A stretch of 64,000 bases of DNA, from positions 21,950 through 85,949 of the IMG/VR virus record IMGVR_UViG_3300037067_009025; one strand, 5' to 3'. The first letter of the stretch is position 1; every line of letters begins with the position of its first letter. The notes below the pieces were generated by a model. It was given only the letters and a program-made list of their open reading frames with translations. It was not told the origin of the DNA and did no database searches. Made by a program: the position numbers and the translations under genes. This DNA is from a virus. Taxonomy: Duplodnaviria > Caudoviricetes. Below, one piece after another: positions 19,062-26,772 of the stretch.

Positions 19062-19907
19062 ATGGACAAAATTTTGACACGTGCCGTATTAGTGAAGGTA
19101 TCAATCAGCCAATTCAATCCGAAAAGGCAGGACGGGAAAACCACGGCGGAAGTCCTGGCCGACAAAGGCGCAAAGTCTACCGCTGGGGTGTGGATTAAAA
19201 ACCTGGTAGACCCTAAAGCCCTTGAGGCTATCAACACGCTGGCCCAGGCTGCACGGGCTGAACATTACAGGCTTTCGCTTCCCTGGGCGGATGAAGGCTG
19301 GCGGATTCTTCCCACGGCCATTTATATGAAGTATCAAGAGGCCATGAGGGAAAAACGGACGGGATTTTCCTGGGAGGTTCAAAAATTCCTGGATAAATAT
19401 CCCCAGTATATTGAAGAGGCAAAGGCAGCCTTAAACGGCATGTTTAACCCTGGGGACTATCCGACCCCTGAACAAGTCAAGGGAAAATTCGGAATGAAAA
19501 TTGACGTGGCCCCGCTTCCCTGCGGAAGTGATTTTCGGGTGTCCCTGGGAAGTGATGAACTGGCAGCAATGCAGCAGGATGTTGACCAGCGTGTTAAGGA
19601 AGCCACGGCCCAGGCAGTAAAAGACCTTTGGAACCGCCTGGCCCAGCCAGTAAAAGCAATGGTCAATCGTTTATCGGAACCCGATTCCATTTTTCGGGAT
19701 TCACTGATTGATAATCTGCGGGATATTATTGACCTGGTGCCGTCCCTGAATGTCACGGGTGACCCTGCACTTGACGCCGTGGCCCAGGAATGCAAGGTCA
19801 AACTTTCGGGCTTCAAGGCTGAAGACCTGCGGAAAGATAAAGCCCTGCGGAAGAGTGCAGCGGAAGAGGCGGACGCTATCTTGAAGAAAATGGAGGGCTA
19901 TATCTAA
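19062..19907 (+). CDS. DUF3150-like protein
   Basis: Helical protein between the AAA ATPase and the VWA-metallopeptidase, the usual context for this family; start reassigned to MDKILTR. Confidence 0.6.
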   Translation: MDKILTRAVLVKVSISQFNPKRQDGKTTAEVLADKGAKSTAGVWIKNLVDPKALEAINTLAQAARAEHYRLSLPWADEGWRILPTAIYMKYQEAMREKRTGFSWEVQKFLDKYPQYIEEAKAALNGMFNPGDYPTPEQVKGKFGMKIDVAPLPCGSDFRVSLGSDELAAMQQDVDQRVKEATAQAVKDLWNRLAQPVKAMVNRLSEPDSIFRDSLIDNLRDIIDLVPSLNVTGDPALDAVAQECKVKLSGFKAEDLRKDKALRKSAAEEADAILKKMEGYI

Positions 19908-21139
19908 TGACCCCGACACTTTCAAAAATTGACAAGGCAATGAACACCCTGGTTTTAGACCAGCCCTTTTTTGCCGTGTTGGCAATGCGCCTTGAACAAG
20001 TGGAAACCAAAGAAGTCCCGACCTTTGCCACGGACGGAAAACGTCTTTTAATCAATCCCGATTTTTGCGCTTCATTATCGGACGGGGAAGTTGTGACCGT
20101 CCTGGCCCATGAAGTTTTGCATTGTGCCCTGGGCCATATATGGCGGGCCCCTGCGGGTGCAGACCTTCAGACCTGGAACCTGGCAATTGATAATGAAACG
20201 AACTGGGAACTTGAAAAGGTAAACCGTCAAAATAGGGGTGTCCCGCCCTTCCCGTGGCCGTCCTGCGGGAAAGTCATGGAAGACCGCTTTGAGGGCTGGG
20301 CTGCGGAACGGGTTTATAAAGTCCTGGCAGAAGAGAAGGCCCAGCAAAAGGAAGACCAGCAGGGCCAGCAAGGCCAGGGAGGCGGTAAAGGGCAGCAGCA
20401 GAAGGCGGGAGGCCAGGGGCAGAATAAAGGGAAGGGGCAGCAGGGCCAGGGGCAGCCTGGACAAGGCCAGCAGCAGGGCTTTGGTGACATTATCCCAGTA
20501 AAGAAGGATGACCAGGCCCAGCTTAAACAGGAATGGGAACGGGCCGTTATTCAGGCGGAAAAATGTGGGCGGGAGCGTGGGGATATTCCAGGGGCCGTCA
20601 AGGAATTGATTCAAGAGGTGACCAGCACTAAAGTTGACTGGCGGAATATCCTGCGGGACTTCTTATCTACCACGGCAAAGGAAGACTGGAACTTTGCCCG
20701 ACCGAATGCCCGCTTTGAAGACACTGGCTTTTTAATGCCGTCCCTTTACAATGAACGGGCGGGCCACTTAGTTTTTGCAATTGATACCAGCGGGAGCACG
20801 TCAAGCGAATTGCTGGCCGAATACATAGCGGAAGCCCAGCAGGCCCTTGATGAACTGAACCCAGAAAAATTGACCCTTGTTTATTGTGACGCTAAGATTC
20901 AACACGTCCAGGAATACGAACCAGGGGACAAGATTGAACTGGAAACCTATGGACGGGGCGGGACGGATTTTCGGCCCGTGTTCAATCATTTTAACAAGGC
21001 GGATGAAGCCCCTAAAATCGTGGTTTACTTGACCGACCTGGAAGGGACTTTCCCAAAGGAAGCCCCAGAATATCCCGTCTTATGGGTGACCGAAAACCAC
21101 GGCCAGGAAGTCCCATTCGGGGACTTGATTGAAGTATAA
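19907..21139 (+). CDS. DUF2201-type metallopeptidase plus VWA-like domain protein
   Basis: TFATDG, HEVLH (HExxH), Gln/Gly linker, AIDTSGS MIDAS motif, GRGGTDFRP, YLTD. Confidence 0.85.
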   Translation: MTPTLSKIDKAMNTLVLDQPFFAVLAMRLEQVETKEVPTFATDGKRLLINPDFCASLSDGEVVTVLAHEVLHCALGHIWRAPAGADLQTWNLAIDNETNWELEKVNRQNRGVPPFPWPSCGKVMEDRFEGWAAERVYKVLAEEKAQQKEDQQGQQGQGGGKGQQQKAGGQGQNKGKGQQGQGQPGQGQQQGFGDIIPVKKDDQAQLKQEWERAVIQAEKCGRERGDIPGAVKELIQEVTSTKVDWRNILRDFLSTTAKEDWNFARPNARFEDTGFLMPSLYNERAGHLVFAIDTSGSTSSELLAEYIAEAQQALDELNPEKLTLVYCDAKIQHVQEYEPGDKIELETYGRGGTDFRPVFNHFNKADEAPKIVVYLTDLEGTFPKEAPEYPVLWVTENHGQEVPFGDLIEV

Positions 21140-21363
21140 ACCAGCAGCCAGGGGCCCAGTAAGGGCCCCAGGAATTGGAGGGTTAAAACATGTTAGTCTT
21201 TTCAGGGGATAGAAAATCTTTGACGGTCAAGGCTGGAAAGTTTTTCCAGAAAATTTTTGGCCATGCCTTTATCAAAATTGCTTTATGGGACGGATATAAA
21301 AGCCTTTGTTATTTTGAGGCGGGAACTTTCCGAATTGCCGTCTATTAAAAGGGAGGTGTAAAC

Positions 21364-21555
21364 ATGGCAGACTTTCGGCGTATTGTTAGGAAGGTCTATA
21401 AAACTACCGTGGTTTACAAGCTGGATGTTTTACTGGCTGAAGAAAAACGCTGGGCCCGCAAAGCCACGATTGCCAATACTAAACTGCGGGCAGTCCGAAA
21501 AAAGATAAACACCCTGGCCCAGGAACTGGCGCAAAAGACCGTAAGTGTCCAGTAA
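21364..21555 (+). CDS. Small coiled-coil hypothetical protein
   Basis: AGGGAGGT RBS, 63 aa. Confidence 0.55.
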   Translation: MADFRRIVRKVYKTTVVYKLDVLLAEEKRWARKATIANTKLRAVRKKINTLAQELAQKTVSVQ

Positions 21556-21610
21556 GGGCAGCCCGTGGGAGCGGGTTCAAACTGAAAACTTTTAAGGGAG
21601 GTATCAAACT

Positions 21611-22312
21611 ATGGAACCAATTTTTGAGGAAGTTTTGAAGGGCCATAAAATTGAGATTCATTCAGACGATGACGGTATCAATCCCCGCCATGAATGGGAT
21701 AATATGGGGACAATGGTTTGCTTTCATGGCCGTTATAACCTGGGAGATAAAGACCACGGATTCAAACAAAGCAATTATGATTCCTGGGCGGAACTTCAGA
21801 AGGCCATTATCAGGGAGCACGGGCCTTGTTTGATTGCCCCGCTTTATCTTTATGACCATTCAGGTATCACAATTTCAATGGGTGAATTTTCTTGCAAGTG
21901 GGATTCTGGACAAGTGGGCTTTATCTTTGTCCCGCATTCCAGGATTCGCAAGGAATATTCTTGCAAAAGAATTTCAAAGAAGACCCTGGAACGTGCCAAA
22001 GGGTGCCTGGAAAGTGAAGTCAAGGTATACGATGACTATTTAACGGGAAACGTTTACGGATTCAAAATTTTTGATGACGTGGACGGGGAAAATGAAATTG
22101 ATTCATGCTGGGGATTCTTTGGGGACTATGAAGAAGGGGCCCTGGCTGAAGCCCGTTCAATCGTGCATTCCAGGACGGACACTTTTAGGAATGCCGTTAG
22201 AGAAAAACTGCGGGAAGTGGAAAATCAAAAGAAGGCAGAACTGGCGGACAAGCTGGACGCTGCACTTGAACACCAGCAGGAACTTAACAAGGAAGTTTTA
22301 CAGGCAGCTTAA
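21611..22312 (+). CDS. Conserved-looking phage/ICE hypothetical protein
   Basis: NPRHEWDNMG, PLYLYDHSG, WDSGQVG, DSCWGFFG motifs; AGGGAGGT RBS. Confidence 0.65.
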   Translation: MEPIFEEVLKGHKIEIHSDDDGINPRHEWDNMGTMVCFHGRYNLGDKDHGFKQSNYDSWAELQKAIIREHGPCLIAPLYLYDHSGITISMGEFSCKWDSGQVGFIFVPHSRIRKEYSCKRISKKTLERAKGCLESEVKVYDDYLTGNVYGFKIFDDVDGENEIDSCWGFFGDYEEGALAEARSIVHSRTDTFRNAVREKLREVENQKKAELADKLDAALEHQQELNKEVLQAA

Positions 22313-22368
22313 TTCTAAAATACGGCCAGGGTGTCCAGTAAAGGCCAGGTCACAAAAGGCGGTTCAAA

Positions 22369-22530
22369 ATGAAATATAAAATCCAGTATAATGTTGGTAA
22401 AGTAAAATATCTTGTTAGTTTTTCAGACGGAACAAAAAGGCACAAGGACGGAAGCGAATTTTGGGATATTAAATGTTTTAAGTCAAAGGATAAAATGAAT
22501 AAGTTTATCCTGGGTTTAAATAAGCAATAA
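22369..22530 (+). CDS. Small hypothetical protein (53 aa, not in ORF track)
   Basis: MKYKIQYNVGKVKYLVSFSDGTKRHKDGSEFWDI; fills an intergenic gap. Confidence 0.55.
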   Translation: MKYKIQYNVGKVKYLVSFSDGTKRHKDGSEFWDIKCFKSKDKMNKFILGLNKQ

Positions 22531-22547
22531 CTTGAAAGGTTAAAATC

Positions 22548-22736
22548 ATGCTACAATTAGTCAAGGTGAATGCCATAAAACCCGAATACAGAATTGAGGG
22601 CTTATCCGCTGAACAAGTGCTAAGGATTCATTGCGCTTTAAAGGCCGTGCCACAAAAGCCCCTGGAAGTGGAAGTCATGGTGAACTGTTTGAACCAGGAC
22701 ATAAACCGTTTGAACAAGTCTGAAGGGAGGGAATAA
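22548..22736 (+). CDS. Hypothetical protein
   Basis: 62 aa in operon orientation. Confidence 0.5.
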   Translation: MLQLVKVNAIKPEYRIEGLSAEQVLRIHCALKAVPQKPLEVEVMVNCLNQDINRLNKSEGRE

Positions 22737-22737
22737 C

Positions 22738-22989
22738 ATGTGCTTTGAAATGGGACATAGTGCAGGATGTTTGTGTAATAATTCGGGACGTGAAAAGTCA
22801 AAAGCCCAGGGATATAATCCAGTATCCGAACATGGAAAACTGCGGTTAATTCCAGCCAATGAGCCCAGGAATATTTGCTGGAACTGCGGAAAACTTTTTT
22901 CGGAAGACCCAAAACATTTTCTTCCAAAGGAAGTGGGACAAAAACAATATTTATCCTGTAATCATTGTGGAAAGGTGAACCACTTATAA
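22738..22989 (+). CDS. Zn-ribbon protein
   Basis: AGGGAGGG RBS; CWNC...CNHC. Confidence 0.55.
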   Translation: MCFEMGHSAGCLCNNSGREKSKAQGYNPVSEHGKLRLIPANEPRNICWNCGKLFSEDPKHFLPKEVGQKQYLSCNHCGKVNHL

Positions 22990-23197
22990 ATTTCTTTAAA
23001 CACGGAGGGGCCACTATGACCGCCACGGCGAAAAAGGATATTGTTTCAGAATTGAAAGTTGTTTCCTTGCAGATTGAGTCTATTGAGGCCCAGCTTAAAA
23101 ATACGTTCGACCTGCATAAGAAAACAGAACTGAAGGAACAATTGAAAAACAAGTGGGCCCTGGTTGACAATTTGCTGGATAAATATCCGCCCAGGAC

Positions 23198-23226
23198 TTG
23201 ACAAAAGTCTGGAAATATGGTATACT
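23198..23226 (+). promoter_or_regulatory. Sigma70-type promoter
   Basis: TTGACA-17-TATACT with TGn. Confidence 0.8.
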
Positions 23227-23625
23227 TATCTTAACGGAGGAACGAATGAATAGTCAAGACCGACAACGAATTCAAGAAATGATTGATGCAGCCAAAGCAG
23301 GTTCAGCGCAAGTCATTAAGCTGGATGAATTCGGGGTTTTGATGTTCAGGAATATTTACAATGAAGCCACGATTGCGGGATTGACCATAACGATTCTTGA
23401 ACGTGGAAAGATTTTTCAAATTGAGCGGACATAGGGAGGTTAATATGACCTTAAAAGACTTGATAACAAAAAGCAATTTAAGTAAAGCAGACCTGGAAAA
23501 GGAAATTCTTTTCAGCAATGATGAAGAATTAAATAATCTTCATTCAGAAGCGCAAATTGCCGAACTGGGTAACACTGGAAAATTGGTTATCTATCCCTTA
23601 ACAATGAGCAGAACGGAAATTTAAG

Positions 23626-23850
23626 ATGAAGACCCGCTTTCGTGCCAGCATATATCTGGATGTTTTCATTGAAGGGGATAAACCCCTTGAAGAAGCACGG
23701 GCGGAAGCCACGGCACAAGTCAATGAACTGGTGCAATCAATCTCAGAAGTTGGCTTCAGGGAAGACTTGAACTATAGCAATCCTTATGTGGGAGGCGTGG
23801 CCCACTATGAACCAAAAAATTTGCTGAAGCCTCTGGACAAGGACATTTAA
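23626..23850 (+). CDS. Hypothetical protein
   Basis: 74 aa; one of several short ORFs between 23.0 and 24.2 kb. Confidence 0.5.
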   Translation: MKTRFRASIYLDVFIEGDKPLEEARAEATAQVNELVQSISEVGFREDLNYSNPYVGGVAHYEPKNLLKPLDKDI

Positions 23851-24218
23851 AATGTTAAGGATTAAATTGGATATTACAGACAAGGATGAACACAAACTTA
23901 TAACACACCTTGAACACGTGCAATGGGCCATTGCTGGCGGAGAAAAGGCTGGCCCAGGCTGGGAACTGGAAGGCGAAAATGAAAGTCAAGACGATTCTAA
24001 AAAAACTTAGGACTGAAAATCTTTTCGGAAAACCCGTTAAGATTCTTAAAGTGTCCAGTAAAGCCCCTAAAGAATTAGAGGGTAAAACTGGAACTTTAAC
24101 AAACCCATTTGCGGGATTCGAGGTTGAGGGTATTGGAATATTCCTGGATAACAATGAGCCCGATGTTTGCAATCTGGGCCTGGAAGATGATATTGAAATA
24201 ATTGGTTAATTTGTCCGC

Positions 24219-24272
24219 AGCGGGGCCTCCTCCCTAACCCAGTCTCCTCCCAGTCTGGGTTTTGGCCCCGCT
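24219..24272 (+). ncRNA. Candidate small structured RNA with two exposed anti-SD motifs
   Basis: 9-bp stem 24219-24227/24264-24272; bulge UCCUCCCU; 7-bp stem 24236-24242/24255-24261; apical loop containing CCUCCC; intergenic. Confidence 0.5.
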
Positions 24273-24425
24273 AATATTTTAATGACCAGTAATCACGCAC
24301 ACGGAGAACAGGTTTAAATGGAAAAGGAACTTAACAATAGATGTATTGAATGTGGTTGCGTATTAGATGAGGGAGAATATGACCTTTGCGAAGCATGTAG
24401 AGAAAGACTGGATAATGACTAACCC

Positions 24426-24454
24426 TTGACAAAATTAGAAAAGTATGCTATAAT
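24426..24454 (+). promoter_or_regulatory. Sigma70-type promoter
   Basis: TTGACA-17-TATAAT with TGn. Confidence 0.8.
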
Positions 24455-24465
24455 TAAAGGGCTTT

Positions 24466-24684
24466 ATGAACCTTGCGGACATGCTGAAAGAGATTAGATT
24501 TTTTGGAGTGAAGCCCACGCTTGATTCTATCGAGCAGGTAAAATCTCCCAGGTTAAGGTTAAAATTGAGAAGGCTATTTGAGGAAGCCTTTCATATTTTG
24601 AGAGTTGGAGATTATCGTTATCAGAATATCACGTGGCCCGATACTACCAGGCCCAAAGGAGAAAATCAAAATGGACAAGATTGA
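24466..24684 (+). CDS. Hypothetical protein
   Basis: 72 aa immediately after the promoter. Confidence 0.5.
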   Translation: MNLADMLKEIRFFGVKPTLDSIEQVKSPRLRLKLRRLFEEAFHILRVGDYRYQNITWPDTTRPKGENQNGQD

Positions 24685-25114
24685 AACATCCTACAAAGGT
24701 TACAAAATTGAACACGATATTGATTATGATAAAAAAGAGAAGTGGGTTTTAAAGGATGACGATGACACTTCTGTTTATGAACATGCGTCCCTGGCTGCCG
24801 TGAAAGAATATGTGGACAGGTTGAACAAAAAAGGATTCAAGACGTTCACGATTCTTTACGATTCTGGATGGGGAAACAATAAAGGATATATTCGTCATAC
24901 GGTCACATCCATTGATGACCAGGGTGATTATTGGATTAAAAATGATGAAGGCAGGCGTCAAAAGATTCGTCCTGGGAATGCCGTGGTAGATTCTCCCGAG
25001 AATGCAACACTCATTCAGGAGATTCGAGCGGTTGAGGCCGAAGAGGATAAGCTCCAAAAAAGACGCCATGCTTTGGAGAAAAAGCTCAAGAGACACGGAA
25101 AGAACGATGACTAA
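24671..25114 (+). CDS. Hypothetical protein
   Basis: AAGGAG RBS; start reassigned to MDKIETSY. Confidence 0.6.
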   Translation: MDKIETSYKGYKIEHDIDYDKKEKWVLKDDDDTSVYEHASLAAVKEYVDRLNKKGFKTFTILYDSGWGNNKGYIRHTVTSIDDQGDYWIKNDEGRRQKIRPGNAVVDSPENATLIQEIRAVEAEEDKLQKRRHALEKKLKRHGKNDD

Positions 25115-25379
25115 GTGGAACTACTACGTCAACGATTTTGAGTTTGAATGGCCCGATGGTGACGGTGGGTATACTTATCTGAAAGCAAATTTTCAGGTGA
25201 ATGCCTGCCGTTATCTCTTTGGTGATGACGCCGATGGAAACCGTGGCGTCTATGTCACAGAGAGAGAACTTGTAAACATTGAAGTCAAAGATGACACGGG
25301 CAATCCTATTGAACTTAAACCAGGCATGGAAGAACATCTTGCCGATAGAGTCAGAGAAGAAGGCAGCGATTTAGAATAA
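25107..25379 (+). CDS. Acidic hypothetical protein
   Basis: Start reassigned to MTKWNYY; overlaps the upstream stop. Confidence 0.55.
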   Translation: MTKWNYYVNDFEFEWPDGDGGYTYLKANFQVNACRYLFGDDADGNRGVYVTERELVNIEVKDDTGNPIELKPGMEEHLADRVREEGSDLE

Positions 25380-25394
25380 CACGGGAGGGAGTTA

Positions 25395-25733
25395 ATGAAT
25401 AGGCCCCTCAGAAATCCCGAATTGACCAAAAAAGAGCGAGTCGCTCAAAAACGTCAAGCCCTCACCCAGGAACTGTATACGGTCTTTACCCGTTCATACG
25501 AAATGGATAGGGCCTGGGGTGTGCCTCAAAGAAAAGCATTTGAAAAAGCCTTTCAGCTTCTGAACAAACGAGTAGATGAGTTGAATAAGCAGAAGCCCCA
25601 GGAATCTTCCTTTGTTATCGGTTGTCGTGGGGAAGTGAAAGACCTGGTTCTTAAACGTGTCGCAGAGCTTGAAGGACAGGTAAACAAACATGACGGAAAG
25701 AAAACAGCCAAAATACACTCACATAGAAATTAA
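25395..25733 (+). CDS. Hypothetical protein
   Basis: GGGAGGGG RBS, 112 aa. Confidence 0.55.
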   Translation: MNRPLRNPELTKKERVAQKRQALTQELYTVFTRSYEMDRAWGVPQRKAFEKAFQLLNKRVDELNKQKPQESSFVIGCRGEVKDLVLKRVAELEGQVNKHDGKKTAKIHSHRN

Positions 25734-26013
25734 GTTGTGGGTGTTTCGTTTTTCATTTTACAAATTAAACCATAAATGGACAATCAGATTTGAAATGTCC
25801 AGCGGGTGGGAATAATATGTGTTTACTGAAAGACCATTCAAAAACTTGTAAGTGTCATTTGACCACAAAATTTAAGGAAAAGAAAACTATCTGTTTTGTT
25901 TGCAAGAAAAGTGTGGATAAGGTTCTTGATTTGTGTGCTACCAGTAAAGACCTATGTAGCATTGAGTGTGAACGAACGTTTTGGTTGGATATTCTTTATT
26001 AAGGAGCCTCTTC

Positions 26014-26406
26014 ATGTTAAAACTGAATTTAAAAAGTATGGGAGAGTTATTTACCTCTGCCCAGATTGAGGATTTTATCACCAAGAATTTCTTTAATCTG
26101 AAAACCAGTGATGTAATCAAACTCCGTGCTTTGATAAAAACACTCCACGAAAAAAGTATTAAGGCTGAACTCCTCTGGGATAGTAACTTCAAGGATAAAC
26201 AAAGTATTTTCTCCCTGGCAGTTTTAAGGTTGAAGCAGGTGTATGGGGACGATATTCATGTGGCCTGTATTGAAGATTTGGGAAGGCTCACAGATAAACA
26301 ATATGATTCCTTCTGGGAATTTTGTAGGAAAATCTCTGAGTATAAAAGCTATCAGAAAAGTATGTCATTACGGGCGAAAAGAAAATACTTGACAACGCAC
26401 AAATAA
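26014..26406 (+). CDS. Hypothetical protein
   Basis: AAGGAG RBS; start reassigned to MLKLNL. Confidence 0.55.
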   Translation: MLKLNLKSMGELFTSAQIEDFITKNFFNLKTSDVIKLRALIKTLHEKSIKAELLWDSNFKDKQSIFSLAVLRLKQVYGDDIHVACIEDLGRLTDKQYDSFWEFCRKISEYKSYQKSMSLRAKRKYLTTHK

Positions 26407-26417
26407 TGTGGTATATT
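26389..26417 (+). promoter_or_regulatory. Sigma70-type promoter (TTGACAACG class)
   Basis: TTGACA-17-TATATT with TGn; upstream of the polymerase operon. Confidence 0.75.
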
Positions 26418-26429
26418 TAAAGGAGACCA

Positions 26430-26759
26430 ATGAAGCTAATCTACTCTGACAAGATAAGTGGTAGTTGCAATAAATGTCATGGCCCCTTTACTGGCGGTTT
26501 TCTTTCTTTAGATGAAAACGGCACGGTAACGGGTATGCTGTGTAAAGAGTGTCGGCAGACTGAAGAAGTAGAGACCAATAAAACTGTCACGCTCACCGTG
26601 AAGAAGTTGCAAGGTTCTTTTATGCAATTTATTCTGAAGCAAGACCTATACCAGGTTGTGACTTGCAAAAATTTAATTTTGAAAAATGATATTTTAACAG
26701 GCGAAGAAGTGAATCGTTATATTCAAAATCCGAATGTAGCGGTCACTATTAGGCATTAA
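26430..26759 (+). CDS. Hypothetical protein with CxxC motifs
   Basis: CNKC...CKEC; AAGGAG RBS. Confidence 0.55.
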   Translation: MKLIYSDKISGSCNKCHGPFTGGFLSLDENGTVTGMLCKECRQTEEVETNKTVTLTVKKLQGSFMQFILKQDLYQVVTCKNLILKNDILTGEEVNRYIQNPNVAVTIRH

Positions 26760-26772
26760 GAGAGGAACTCTC

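Noticed and set aside
20330-20480. Gln/Gly-rich repeat
   Set aside because: A low-complexity linker is typical of DUF2201-type proteins.
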